DNA of 64,000 nucleotides from Gammaproteobacteria bacterium Ga0077554 (GTDB taxonomy: Bacteria; Pseudomonadota; Gammaproteobacteria; Ga0077554; Ga007554): assembly GCA_001464585.1 (NCBI GenBank), contig LNFF01000022.1, positions 79,107-143,106 of the forward strand, in the 5' to 3' direction. Below the pieces are notes generated by a model. The model did not search any database. It saw only the letters and a list, made by a program, of their open reading frames with translations, and was not told the DNA's origin. Position 1 is the stretch's first letter; each line of letters starts with the position of its first letter. Of the stretch, positions 42,895-53,451 are shown in pieces. Made by a program: the position numbers and the translations under genes.

Positions 42895-44194
42895 GAATTA
42901 CTAAATTCTTGCCTGTATCCCGTTCAAATGTCCTGATTTTCGAGATCAGCGCTTCTGTCAGGCGATAGCCCTTGGTAAGCAGCAACATGCCATCGCTATT
43001 GAGCAAGTCACGCGCAAGCATCATGCCTTCGCGCAAGCCATCGGAAGTCAGTTTGACTTCACGCAGTAGGGCAGTTTGATTAGGCTGGCGGTCAAGTATT
43101 TTAACAAATTCATCGGCTACCCGAGGGTCGTAGCGCTGGTTCTTGTTGTTGACCAGGAAGGCGCGCGCCTCAGCCGGCGTGGCGGATTTGTCGAGCAACG
43201 TACCGATCTGCAAAGCATCATAGTCGTTCACTACTGCCAGAATGCGCGCGCCGAGAGGAATTCTGTCGCCAAATAATTGATCGGGATAACCCTTGCCATC
43301 GAACCGCTCATGATGACTTCTGATCAGTCTGGCGGCGCCCTCCATAGGCTCCAGCGCCAGCAGCGCCGCCGCGCCCATTGCAGGGTGTTTATCCATGAGG
43401 GCGCGCTCGCGCGGCGGCAGGCTGATATAAGGCTGGTTAAGCAGAGCATCAGGCAGGCCGAGCTTGCCTATATCATGCAGCAGTCCGGCAAAATAAACAT
43501 TCTCCGTGTCTTCTTCTGTCATACCCATTTGCTGGGCCAGCATGCGCGCCTGTTCTGCAATGCGGCGACTATGACCGGTAGCCTTTCCTTCGCGCATCTC
43601 CACCAGGTTGGCAAAGACCGGGATCGCAGTCACATAGCTTCTCTTCAATTCCTGGAAGGCCAGATCGAGCATGTCAGCGGTCTGCTGAATCTCCGCCGTA
43701 CGATGCTGCACCATCTTTTCCAGATTGGTATTTAATTCCTTGAGTTCCTCGTTTTGCTTGAGCGTCAATTCCTCAAGGCGCCGCTTTTCACGCTCCAGAA
43801 ACTTCCTTTCCAGAGCATTCTGCACGGCCAGCTTTATGTCGTTGTCTTCCCACGGCTTGCTGATATAACAGTAAATACGTCCTTTGTTGACGGCCGAGAT
43901 TGTCGATGTCAGATCAGAATACCCTGTCAGGAGAATGCGCACCGTCTCAGGCCAGCGTTTGGCAACCTCTTCGAGGAATTTGGCGCCATCCATGCCCGGC
44001 ATCCGCATATCTGAAATCACCAGATCGGCGCTTTCCTTTTCCAGGACTTCCAGGCCTTGCATGCCGTCCTGAGCGGTAAGAATGCGATAACCTGCCGGAC
44101 GAAACAGCCGCCGCAGCGCCGACAGGATATTTTCTTCATCATCAACCAATAATAATGTGGCAGGAGAGACCTGATCTGTTGCCTGGGTGTCCAT
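42878..44194 (-). CDS. Response regulator with HD-GYP c-di-GMP phosphodiesterase domain
   Basis: REC (LLLVDDEENI...DMRMPGMDG) + HD-GYP (LLHDIGKLGLP ... SHHERFDGKGYP). Confidence 0.85.
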   Translation of the reverse strand: MDTQATDQVSPATLLLVDDEENILSALRRLFRPAGYRILTAQDGMQGLEVLEKESADLVISDMRMPGMDGAKFLEEVAKRWPETVRILLTGYSDLTSTISAVNKGRIYCYISKPWEDNDIKLAVQNALERKFLEREKRRLEELTLKQNEELKELNTNLEKMVQHRTAEIQQTADMLDLAFQELKRSYVTAIPVFANLVEMREGKATGHSRRIAEQARMLAQQMGMTEEDTENVYFAGLLHDIGKLGLPDALLNQPYISLPPRERALMDKHPAMGAAALLALEPMEGAARLIRSHHERFDGKGYPDQLFGDRIPLGARILAVVNDYDALQIGTLLDKSATPAEARAFLVNNKNQRYDPRVADEFVKILDRQPNQTALLREVKLTSDGLREGMMLARDLLNSDGMLLLTKGYRLTEALISKIRTFERDTGKNLVIHVETK

Positions 44195-44230
44195 CGCCCG
44201 AGTTCCTCTATCTAAATAATACCGACTCTG

Positions 44231-46318
44231 TCATGCAGCATTTTCACGCTGCCCAGTATGATTATGACCATGATTATTACCCTGGCTGACAGGCAGCCAT
44301 ACCTTGAAGCTTGTTCCTTGCCCCACTTCACTGTGAACGTCACAATGGCCTCCATGCTTTTTGATGATTCCGTAGGATAAGGACAGCCCCAGTCCAGTGC
44401 CTTTGCCCACTGGTTTGGTGGTGAAAAATGGCTCGAATATCCTGTTCAGGTTCTCCTGCGGAATGCCCTTGCCATTATCCGACACTTCTATCCATACCCA
44501 GTCATCCTTCATTCCGGTGCGCACGGTGATAATCCCCCGGCTCTCTATCGCTTGCGCGGCATTCACCAAAAAATTCATGAATACCTGGTTCAACTGTGAC
44601 GCCAGGCATTCCACCGGGAGAATGTCGCCGTATTCTTTGATCACGATGGCCTTGTACTTGATCTCGTTATTGGCGATGTTCAGGGTACTGTCCAGCCCCT
44701 TGTGCAGATCCACCACTTGCCATTCGACCTCATCCACATGGGAGAAATCCTTCAGATCCTGCACGATCTCACGAACCCGTCGTACACCTCCCAATGACTC
44801 CTTGATCAACTCCACAATGTCAGTTTCAAGAAACTCGATGTCCACCTGTTTCTTTATTGATTGAATGCTCTCCAAGCTTGCGCGGATATCGGGGGTCGCC
44901 CCCATAAGCTGTTCAGCGGCTTCATAGGCATGAAGCACCTTGAACAGGTCTTCAATATATTTTTGCAACGAACTGAGATTGGAGCTGACATAACCTACTG
45001 GATTATTGATCTCGTGTGCCACCCCTGCCGCCAATTGGCCGATCGACGCCATTTTTTCGGATTGGAGCAATTGGTTATGAGCCTCTTGCAATTGTTGTAT
45101 CAATGATTTTTGCTGCTCTTTTTCTTCATTCAATGCATGCTCTATCTGTTTGCGCTGGGTAATATCCGTCATGGAGCCGATAACTTCGAGCGGCCTTCCC
45201 TCTGTATCGCGAACCAATCGAAGCGTATCATGCACCCAGGTATAGGAACCATTCTTGTGGCGAAAACGGTATTCATAAGTCTGTTGTTGATTAACCTTTT
45301 GGTCATCCACGAACAAATAAGGCAGTGCGCTGAACACTCTTGACACATCATCTGGGTGGATATGATTAAACCAGAAATCATTCTCACCCAACAGTTCATG
45401 CGATTCGTAGCCCAGTACCCGCGTCAGATTCTCGCTGACAAAGGTGATCTTGAAGTCGCCTGACGGAACGCTGGTGTAAATAATGGCTGGTGTGTTGTCG
45501 ACCAGGTATTGCAAGCGTCCACCGGTTTTAGCGAGATTTTCCTGTGCTTTCGCGCGTTCCTCAATATCTCTGAGCAAGATTTGATTGCTTTCATGCAATG
45601 CTTCCAGCAACTCGTTGCGCTCAAGTATGGCCGCCAGCTCCCTCGCCAGCATTTTCATGATCTCTTCATCGTTTTCGGAAAATGACCTCCCGCCTGGCCT
45701 GTTGGCGAGATAAACAACGCCACGCATGACACCATTTATCTTAAGTGGAACGCCAAGCAAGCTTTCCATGGCCGGGTGCCCGCCCCCCATATCAGGCAAG
45801 CCGCATGACCTCGGATCTTCGGAGATATTGTTTACCCGGGTCACCTTGTCTTCCCGATAAAATCCCCCGAGCAGGCCTTTACCAGATGGCTGGCTATTTA
45901 TGTGAGCTGTTTCTTCTTCGGAAAATCCATAAGACATAAAGTCCTTTACCTTTCCCTCCCTGTCAAAAATGGCGATGGTGCCATAATCCACCGCCGTCAC
46001 TTCCATGAGGTTTTTGAGGATGTCACGGTAAAGATTATGAATGTCTCCCGAATGACGCCAGCGATCATCGGCCTCCCTGATTCCCGCTATTGCCGTGTCA
46101 ATCAATGTCATGCGCATATTGGTTCCGACCAGGTGGTCTATGCACCTTTCAGCATTTTCGATCCTGGCACGCATGCTGGAGAACAATCCGTTCAAACTTT
46201 TAGCCAGTTCGGATAATTTGTCATTACCTTTCTCTGGAATATTCACGACCCAATCATCTGCGGCCGCAGCACGAACAGCGGATATGATGTGCTCTATGCG
46301 TAATTCATTTGTTTTCAC
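44231..46318 (-). CDS. Cytoplasmic GAF-PAS sensor histidine kinase
   Basis: No TM segments; GAF, PAS (TPAIIYTSVPSGDF...), HisKA (GVAHEINNPV), HATPase_c (DNGKGIP...GTGLGLS). Confidence 0.85.
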   Translation of the reverse strand: MKTNELRIEHIISAVRAAAADDWVVNIPEKGNDKLSELAKSLNGLFSSMRARIENAERCIDHLVGTNMRMTLIDTAIAGIREADDRWRHSGDIHNLYRDILKNLMEVTAVDYGTIAIFDREGKVKDFMSYGFSEEETAHINSQPSGKGLLGGFYREDKVTRVNNISEDPRSCGLPDMGGGHPAMESLLGVPLKINGVMRGVVYLANRPGGRSFSENDEEIMKMLARELAAILERNELLEALHESNQILLRDIEERAKAQENLAKTGGRLQYLVDNTPAIIYTSVPSGDFKITFVSENLTRVLGYESHELLGENDFWFNHIHPDDVSRVFSALPYLFVDDQKVNQQQTYEYRFRHKNGSYTWVHDTLRLVRDTEGRPLEVIGSMTDITQRKQIEHALNEEKEQQKSLIQQLQEAHNQLLQSEKMASIGQLAAGVAHEINNPVGYVSSNLSSLQKYIEDLFKVLHAYEAAEQLMGATPDIRASLESIQSIKKQVDIEFLETDIVELIKESLGGVRRVREIVQDLKDFSHVDEVEWQVVDLHKGLDSTLNIANNEIKYKAIVIKEYGDILPVECLASQLNQVFMNFLVNAAQAIESRGIITVRTGMKDDWVWIEVSDNGKGIPQENLNRIFEPFFTTKPVGKGTGLGLSLSYGIIKKHGGHCDVHSEVGQGTSFKVWLPVSQGNNHGHNHTGQRENAA

Positions 46319-46499
46319 GATCGTTCCTTACACACCCGCCCCCCCTGATGGGGAACCACTCGGACAGCGTTGGAAATGATTTCCCAGGCCACTGTCACGA
46401 AACGCGTGGTTTTCCGCATAATTACCTTTATCCCAGATTTTCCATTAGAGTCTTACTGCGAGCACCTGAGATACGGAGTCTGGGTTTATTGTTTTCGGC

Positions 46500-46715
46500 A
46501 TGAAACCGGAAAAACTTGATAGGAGGCACGGCATGGCGTGCCAGCCTCGCCACCCCCTGCAGGCGAATCTCGGCTATCGCTGCAATCCATCATGCATACA
46601 TTGCCATGTCAATGCCCGGGCCGACACGCAGCAAAATGATGACTCACTACACATGAGAAGATATTGCACATACCCCCACCGTAAAAAACACCCCTCCCCG
46701 CAAATTTTCCCATAG
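46500..46715 (+). pseudogene. Truncated remnant of a radical-SAM/Cys-rich (ArsS-like) gene
   Basis: PLQANLGYRCNPSCIHCHVNARAD contains CxxxCxxC and resembles ArsS-family N-termini; ORF stops after 71 codons and acnA starts ~100 bp downstream. Confidence 0.4.
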
Positions 46716-46819
46716 CCCCTCCCACAGTAACCGTATAAATCATAAAGATTTTCCACAGATTCCGTGCCTGAAACGCGGATTTAAGGTACTCTATACCGAC
46801 TTGAGCACGAGAAATTATC

Positions 46820-49624
46820 ATGGCAACACACAAAACCAACCTGAACAGCTTTGGCACGCAATCCACGCTAACGGTAGACGGTAAACCCTATCATTATCAT
46901 TCCCTGGCGACACTGGGCAAAATCGGCATCGGTGATATTTCCCGCCTGCCTTTCTCGCTGAAGATTCTGCTGGAAAACCTGCTACGCCATGAAGATGGTA
47001 TCGCGGTTAAGAAAGTTGATATTGAGGCGCTGGCAAAATGGAATCCCAAAGCGGAGCCGGATAAGGAAATCTTCTTTATGCCGGCGCGGGTGCTGTTGCA
47101 GGATTTCACCGGCGTGCCTGCGGTAGCGGATCTGGCGGCGATGCGCGCGGCGTTGCAAAAGCTTGGCAGCGACCCTAAAAAAATTAATCCCTTTACACCG
47201 GCTGATCTGGTGATCGACCATTCTGTGCAGGTTGACCAATACGGCAGCGCGACGGCATTTCAGGCCAATGCCGCTTACGAATTTCAGCGCAACAGCGAGC
47301 GTTATCAATTTCTGCGCTGGGGCCAGAATGCATTTAATAACTTTCGCGTGGTGCCGCCGGATAACGGCATCGTACATCAGGTTAATCTGGAATACCTGGC
47401 ATCGGTTGCCATGACATCGGCCAGCGACCAAGGCACCTGGGTCTACCCGGATACCGTGATCGGCACGGACTCACACACCACCATGATTAACGGCTTGGGT
47501 GTATTGGGTTGGGGCGTCGGCGGCATTGAGGCAGAGGCGGCTTTGCTCGGCCAGCCCAGTTCAATGCTGATCCCGCATGTGATTGGATTCAAACTAGTGG
47601 GTAAACTGCCCGCTGGCGCGACCGCCACGGACCTGGTGTTAACGATTACACAAGTGCTGCGCAAAAAAGGTGTGGTAGGCAAGTTCGTGGAATTTTACGG
47701 GCCGGGACTGGCGCACTTGACGCTGGCCGACCGCGCCACCATCGCTAATATGGCGCCGGAATACGGCGCCACGCTCGGCCTTTTTCCGGTCGATACACAA
47801 ACCACCGATTATCTGCGCCTTACCGGACGTGAAGAGGCGGTACCGCTGGTTGAGGCTTATTACAAAGCACAGGGTTTGTGGTATTCACCCGATCATCCTG
47901 AGCCTGTCTATACTGACACACTGGTGTTTGATCTGGGTTCCGTGGTGCCGTGCCTGGCGGGGCCTGCGCGACCACAAGACCGCACGCCGCTGGGCGAAGT
48001 GCGCGCCTCGTTCCGTAAATTACTCGCCAGCCAATACAAGGACGAAGTGTCCGGCCTGGATAAAGATGATTTCAATGACTGGCTGAATGAAGGCGGCAAT
48101 CCGATGCTGGTCGCGCCGGAATTTGCGCCTGCGCATCCCGATGAGTTGCTGAATGTGTTTGGCACCTGCGTGCCGATACGCCAACCCGATGGACTGGCAT
48201 ACAAGCTGTGCCACGGCTCGGTAGTGATTGCGGCCATTACCAGTTGCACAAATACATCCAACCCCTCAGTGATGATTGCAGCCGCATTGCTGGCGAAAAA
48301 TGCCGTGCGGCGCGGCCTGCAAGTCAAGCCGTGGGTGAAAACCAGCCTGGCGCCCGGTTCACGCGTGGTGACAGATTACCTGGTGAAGGCCGGCTTGATG
48401 CCCTACCTCGAAGCCTTGCGTTTTCATCTGGTAGGTTACGGCTGTACTACCTGCATCGGCAATAGCGGCCCTCTTCCAGAACATATTTCACAAGCGGTCG
48501 CCGACGGTGATCTTTCCGTGGCAGCGGTATTGTCAGGCAATCGTAATTTCGAAGGCCGTGTTAATCCGCTGGTACGCGCCAACTACCTGGCCTCACCACC
48601 ACTGGTAGTGGCATATGCGCTGGCGGGCAATATTAACATTGATCTTTCTGTTGATCCGCTCGGCATCAATGCCAATGGTGAAATGATTTACCTGAAAGAC
48701 ATCTGGCCTACCAACGAAGAAATTGCCGAGCTGACGCGCAGCCATGTCGTTTCCACACAATACAAACGCACTTATGCCGATATTTTTCGTGGCAACAGCG
48801 AATGGAATGGATTAAAGGTTCCGCAGGATCAGTTGTTCCAGTGGAGCAACGATTCAACGTATATCAAGGAACCGCCGTTTTTTGATGGCATCACCGCCAC
48901 CCCTGCGGCATTGACTGATATCCGTCAGGCACGCGTGCTGGCCCTGCTGGGAGACTCAGTAACCACCGATCATATCTCCCCTGCTGGCTCTATCGGCAAA
49001 ACCAGCCCGGCCGGAAAATATTTAATTGAATTGGGTGTATCACCCACCGAATTCAATTCTTACGGCGCGCGGCGCGGCAATCACGAAGTGATGGTGCGTG
49101 GCACTTTTGCCAACGTGCGCCTGAAAAATAAATTAGTCGCGGGTGTCGAAGGCGGTGTCACGCTGCATTTGCCAGAGGCCACGCAAATGTCGATTTATGA
49201 CGCCGCCATGCGTTATGAAAAAGAAGGCACCGCACTGATTGCCATCGCCGGCAAAGAATACGGCACCGGCTCTTCGCGTGATTGGGCTGCCAAAGGTCCC
49301 AAGCTGCTGGGCATCCGTGCCGTCATCGCGGAAAGTTTTGAGCGTATTCACCGCTCCAATCTGGTGGGCATGGGCGTCTTGCCGCTGCAATTTTTGCCCG
49401 GTGAAAGCGCACAAACACTCGGGCTTAGCGGCCATGAAATTTTCGACATTATCGGCCTCACCGCATTGACACCTGCACAAAAACTTCAGGTGTCTGCAAA
49501 AGGCAGCGATGGCACGGTAAAGCAATTTACGGTGTTGTCACGCATCGACACCGCCAACGAAGTGGAATACTTCCAGCACGGCGGCATTTTGCCGTATGTG
49601 CTGCGGCAGTCACTGAGGTCATAA
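46820..49624 (+). CDS. acnA: Aconitate hydratase A
   Basis: 934 aa; aconitase Fe-S ligands (ITSCTNTSNP, GCTTCIGNSGP), SRIDT, swivel domain. Confidence 0.95.
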   Translation: MATHKTNLNSFGTQSTLTVDGKPYHYHSLATLGKIGIGDISRLPFSLKILLENLLRHEDGIAVKKVDIEALAKWNPKAEPDKEIFFMPARVLLQDFTGVPAVADLAAMRAALQKLGSDPKKINPFTPADLVIDHSVQVDQYGSATAFQANAAYEFQRNSERYQFLRWGQNAFNNFRVVPPDNGIVHQVNLEYLASVAMTSASDQGTWVYPDTVIGTDSHTTMINGLGVLGWGVGGIEAEAALLGQPSSMLIPHVIGFKLVGKLPAGATATDLVLTITQVLRKKGVVGKFVEFYGPGLAHLTLADRATIANMAPEYGATLGLFPVDTQTTDYLRLTGREEAVPLVEAYYKAQGLWYSPDHPEPVYTDTLVFDLGSVVPCLAGPARPQDRTPLGEVRASFRKLLASQYKDEVSGLDKDDFNDWLNEGGNPMLVAPEFAPAHPDELLNVFGTCVPIRQPDGLAYKLCHGSVVIAAITSCTNTSNPSVMIAAALLAKNAVRRGLQVKPWVKTSLAPGSRVVTDYLVKAGLMPYLEALRFHLVGYGCTTCIGNSGPLPEHISQAVADGDLSVAAVLSGNRNFEGRVNPLVRANYLASPPLVVAYALAGNINIDLSVDPLGINANGEMIYLKDIWPTNEEIAELTRSHVVSTQYKRTYADIFRGNSEWNGLKVPQDQLFQWSNDSTYIKEPPFFDGITATPAALTDIRQARVLALLGDSVTTDHISPAGSIGKTSPAGKYLIELGVSPTEFNSYGARRGNHEVMVRGTFANVRLKNKLVAGVEGGVTLHLPEATQMSIYDAAMRYEKEGTALIAIAGKEYGTGSSRDWAAKGPKLLGIRAVIAESFERIHRSNLVGMGVLPLQFLPGESAQTLGLSGHEIFDIIGLTALTPAQKLQVSAKGSDGTVKQFTVLSRIDTANEVEYFQHGGILPYVLRQSLRS

Positions 49625-49668
49625 TGTTATTACGATACCTCTGATGAACTCATAATCTGTCATTTCGA

Positions 49669-49735
49669 CCGCAGGGAGAAATCCTTGTCTCGAACAAATG
49701 TGAGAGATCTTTCAAGATTGTCCTGAACGCGGTGA
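49669..49735. repeat. Family-A repeat, partial copy R7, between acnA and uup
   Basis: gtcatttcgaccgcagggagaaatccttgtctcgaacaaatgtgagagatctttcaagattgtcc. Confidence 0.55.
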
Positions 49736-49747
49736 TTGGAACCACGA

Positions 49748-51670
49748 ATGCCTTTAATTACGCTTGATAAAGCCCATCTTATTTATGGCCGCTGGCCGCT
49801 GCTTGATGGCGCAGATTTTTCTCTGGATGCCAGTGAAAAAGTTGCGCTCATCGGCCGCAACGGCACCGGCAAATCTACGCTGCTGCATGTCCTGGCGGGT
49901 CTATCCGCCCTCGATGGCGGCACGCGTTGGCATGACACCGCTGCACGTATCGCCTATGTTTCACAAGAGCCGCCACTCGACCCGCAACTCACGGTGTTTG
50001 AGGCCGTATCGGAAGGTCTGGGCAGCGTGCGTCAAACACTGCTCGACTACCACCATATCAGCCATGCCCTGGCACATCATGAGGCCGACACCGATACCCT
50101 GCTGGCACAGTTGCAAACCGTGCAGACCACGCTTGAAGCGCAGGGTGGCTGGTCGGCGCAAAACCGCGTTGAGCAAGTGCTGACGCGCCTCAGCCTGCCT
50201 GAAGACTCACTCATCAGCACCCTTTCCGGTGGCTGGCGCAAACGTGTCGCACTGGCACGCGCGTTAGTAATGCAACCGGAAATTCTGCTGCTTGACGAGC
50301 CCACCAACCATCTGGATTTTGGCGCCATTGAATGGCTGGAAGAATTTCTGCGCGACTTTAGTGGCAGTATCGTGGTGATCAGCCATGACCGACGCTTTCT
50401 CGACCGCATCGCGACGCGCATTCTTGAGTTGGATCGCGGCAAACTCACCAGTTTCCCCGGCAATTTTCGCACCTACCAGCAACGCAAAGCCGAACTGCTG
50501 TCGGCTGAAGCCACGCTCAACGCCGAGTTCGATAAATTTCTCGCGCAGGAAGAAGTGTGGATACGTCAGGGCGTAAAAGCACGCCGCACCCGCAATGAAG
50601 GCCGCGTGTTACGCCTGGAAAATTTGCGCCGTGAACGCGCCGCACGACGCGACCGCATCGGCAACGTATCGCTAAAAGTTGACACCGGTGAACGCTCTGG
50701 CAAGCTGGTCGCCGAGCTGGAAGATGTCAGCAAATCCTTTGACGGCAAAACCATTATCCGCAACTTCTCCACCCGCATCATGAGTGGCGACCGGGTCGGC
50801 TTGCTCGGTCCGAACGGTGCCGGTAAGACCACGCTGTTGAAACTTATTTTGGGTGAACTCGCACCCGATAGCGGCAGCGTACAACTCGGCACCAAACTGC
50901 AAGTCGCGTACTTCGATCAATTGCGCGAACAACTCGACCCCGAATCTACATTGCGTGATGTAGTATGCCCCGGCTCGGATTTTGTTGACATTGGCGGCTC
51001 AAGAAAACATGTCATCGGTTACCTTGGGGACTTCCTGTTCCCACCCGAAAGTGCTTTTGCGCTGGTCAAAAGCCTGTCCGGCGGCGAACGCAACCGCTTG
51101 CTGCTCGCACATCTCTTCACCAAACCAGCCAACGTGCTGGTGCTTGACGAGCCGACCAATGACCTTGATCTTGAAACACTGGAAATGCTGGAAGCGTTGC
51201 TGACAGAATATACCGGCACGTTGTTCCTGGTGAGCCACGACCGCGAATTTCTCGACAACGTCGTCACCCAGGTCATTGCCTTTGAAGGTGATGGTGTGTT
51301 GCGCGAATATCCCGGCGGCTACGATGACTGGCTGCGATCCCGCCCCAAGGCCGGTGGCAACACTGGAAGTACAGGAACAGCCGGCGGCGCGCCAAAACCC
51401 CTCACGCCACCATCGACGCCACAACCAGAATCCACAAAACGCCCACGCCTGTCGTTCAAGGAAATCAAAGAGCTGGCGGAACTGCCCGCACGGATTGAAA
51501 CACTGGAAAAACGCCAGGCTGAAATTGCCGGATTACTTGCCGACCCGAAACTTTACCGCAGCAATCCGGCGCAGGTGCAAACATTGCAAACAGCAGCCAC
51601 TGAAGTTGCCAACGCCCTGGCAACTACGTATGCACGCTGGGATGCGCTGGAAGCGAAGCATGCAAAGTAG
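49748..51670 (+). CDS. uup: ABC-F family ATPase Uup
   Basis: Two ABC cassettes (GRNGTGKST / GPNGAGKTT, two LSGG motifs) joined by linker, C-terminal coiled-coil; start at ATG 49748. Confidence 0.9.
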   Translation: MPLITLDKAHLIYGRWPLLDGADFSLDASEKVALIGRNGTGKSTLLHVLAGLSALDGGTRWHDTAARIAYVSQEPPLDPQLTVFEAVSEGLGSVRQTLLDYHHISHALAHHEADTDTLLAQLQTVQTTLEAQGGWSAQNRVEQVLTRLSLPEDSLISTLSGGWRKRVALARALVMQPEILLLDEPTNHLDFGAIEWLEEFLRDFSGSIVVISHDRRFLDRIATRILELDRGKLTSFPGNFRTYQQRKAELLSAEATLNAEFDKFLAQEEVWIRQGVKARRTRNEGRVLRLENLRRERAARRDRIGNVSLKVDTGERSGKLVAELEDVSKSFDGKTIIRNFSTRIMSGDRVGLLGPNGAGKTTLLKLILGELAPDSGSVQLGTKLQVAYFDQLREQLDPESTLRDVVCPGSDFVDIGGSRKHVIGYLGDFLFPPESAFALVKSLSGGERNRLLLAHLFTKPANVLVLDEPTNDLDLETLEMLEALLTEYTGTLFLVSHDREFLDNVVTQVIAFEGDGVLREYPGGYDDWLRSRPKAGGNTGSTGTAGGAPKPLTPPSTPQPESTKRPRLSFKEIKELAELPARIETLEKRQAEIAGLLADPKLYRSNPAQVQTLQTAATEVANALATTYARWDALEAKHAK

Positions 51671-51799
51671 CAATAGCACAACAAATCAGCAGGGAATCTG
51701 ACCCAAAGGGGGAATGGGGTGCCGCGCTTTTGCGGCGTCCCGTTTGAGCGACAGGTTAGGCTTGATGTGGCATGTCAAGACTTGACCCTTTGCTGTGCG

Positions 51800-52150
51800 T
51801 TATTTTGTTAGGTGTCTACGCTTATAGACACCAATTCCATAAAATGTAAACGTAATAATGTAAGGGATTCCGATATACAGCATGAAGGTTGATTTTGTAA
51901 CATCTTGAAGATCCATAAATACACTAAATACACTTACAAAGAGCAAGTTAAAGGTAACTATAAAAAAAGTAATCAATAAATACCTTGTATTGCCGAGAAG
52001 AGATGAGCATCCCGATAATATCAATGCGATAGCAGCAATAATCACCCCTACGCCCGATGCCGCGCTCATCGGAATAGACAAAACTGATACTACTACTGAA
52101 GTTACACCGATAAACTTAAATAGTTTTTCAGGAAAGGATGGGTTTTCCAA
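51800..52150 (-). CDS. Hypothetical small membrane protein (3 TM) in low-GC island
   Basis: 116 aa; hydrophobic segments; AT-rich codon usage unlike flanks. Confidence 0.5.
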   Translation of the reverse strand: MENPSFPEKLFKFIGVTSVVVSVLSIPMSAASGVGVIIAAIALILSGCSSLLGNTRYLLITFFIVTFNLLFVSVFSVFMDLQDVTKSTFMLYIGIPYIITFTFYGIGVYKRRHLTK

Positions 52151-52244
52151 ATTTTTATGGCCTATGCACGAAAAAAACTAGCCGACAATCATCACGGTCG
52201 GCTAGCACATTATATATAAAACTTGATTTGATGATTTAAAATAG

Positions 52245-53012
52245 TTAGTCGATTATACTCTCAGCCAAGTTTATGAAGTTATCAAGCGCCGCACCTTTGA
52301 CCATCCTATTTAAACTTAGATTATATATTTTTCTATCGGTGGCCCATGTTAATTCAGTGGTAGATTTCCTATTTTGACTTTTTTTGTTCCGCAATATCGC
52401 GGAATGACCGTTAATTTTCTGATTTATTGCCTCCTCAATCATCACAAGCCCACCACCTGAGATAATATAATCATTTTCTTCCAGCATTAGAGTGCCAAGT
52501 TTAGGAATAACAAAAACTCGCGTAAGAGATGACCATCCTTCTGGTGTTAACACTCCCCCAGGGGCTGCGCCGAGCATTTGTATCTCTTTGTTAGACTCGG
52601 GCAATAAAGAAGGTTTTACTTTCAACAGCGATTGAATTTCCTGAAAGGGTCTTAACCCTTTCCCTCCATTTTTTTCAGTCCCCGGTGATGTCCCATTATT
52701 GCTCAAGGTTTGTATCGCTCTATCCATATACGAAACAGCCTCCTCAGGAGCGTCCACATACCCCAACGATTTCATTTGTGAAATCTCATTCCTTGCCTGA
52801 TTTTTTAAAATATCTGGCACTTCCATAACTTCTATTGATTTAACAATCACCCCTGAAGGCATAGGTGGATGCCCAGCATTTGGAACGGTTTGTGCGTTTA
52901 CATATATGAAAGGTGTGGTCGCAAGACAAATAGCAGCAACTGCTGTAAAAATGTTCTTTCTGATAGATGAAAAGTGTTTAACATCTGTTTTAGGTTTCAT
53001 TTCCATTGACAA
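52245..53012 (-). CDS. Hypothetical secreted protein in low-GC island
   Basis: 255 aa; N-terminal signal-like FTAVAAICLATTPFIYVNAQ; no recognisable domain. Confidence 0.5.
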   Translation of the reverse strand: MSMEMKPKTDVKHFSSIRKNIFTAVAAICLATTPFIYVNAQTVPNAGHPPMPSGVIVKSIEVMEVPDILKNQARNEISQMKSLGYVDAPEEAVSYMDRAIQTLSNNGTSPGTEKNGGKGLRPFQEIQSLLKVKPSLLPESNKEIQMLGAAPGGVLTPEGWSSLTRVFVIPKLGTLMLEENDYIISGGGLVMIEEAINQKINGHSAILRNKKSQNRKSTTELTWATDRKIYNLSLNRMVKGAALDNFINLAESIID

Positions 53013-53061
53013 ATCCTCTTTAAATAAAAATTATTAGCCGTTTTCACGGCAAGCCTTACCG

Positions 53062-53451
53062 CTACGATAAATTACAGTTTACTGCGGAAGTGCTACCCAT
53101 CCAGTAGACACCCACGGAACTAGTCCATCGCCAATGTACTCCTGACACAAACCAGCCACCCCATCCTTCATTTACATGTCCAGCGTACGAACGCCAAGTA
53201 TATGCCCATCCGGTACGAAGAAGATGTTGATAGGTACCATTGTAGTAATGATACGAGTCTGTCCAAAGCCAGTTATATGCCCAAGGATCCCAAGAAATAC
53301 TTTCATTGAACCCGCCACAATTTGCCCTACTAAATAGCGAAAGCGCGGCATCTGCGTCTTTGATGGGAACTAAAGATGAGATGGTTAATATTCCGCTCAT
53401 CGCAAGCACAACTTTTAACGATTTTAACTTACACCCTTTACTAAAAAACAT
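53062..53451 (-). CDS. Hypothetical small secreted Trp/Tyr/Gly-rich protein with two Cys
   Basis: Start ATG 53451 preceded by GGAGG; signal peptide MFFSKGCKLKSLKVVLAMSGILTISSLVPIKDADA; mature ~95 aa rich in W/Y/G. Confidence 0.55.
   Translation of the reverse strand: MFFSKGCKLKSLKVVLAMSGILTISSLVPIKDADAALSLFSRANCGGFNESISWDPWAYNWLWTDSYHYYNGTYQHLLRTGWAYTWRSYAGHVNEGWGGWFVSGVHWRWTSSVGVYWMGSTSAVNCNLS

Noticed and set aside
46500-46715. Intact small Cys/His-rich metal-binding protein
   Set aside because: Sequence after the CxxxCxxC motif is low-complexity and ends abruptly; better explained as a remnant of a longer radical-SAM gene (reported as pseudogene with low confidence).
47990-48200. Extra ~36 aa in AcnA relative to E. 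coli AcnA, suspected as another Family-C insertion
   Set aside because: Nucleotide sequence does not match the Family-C consensus ends; this linker is known to vary in length among aconitases.
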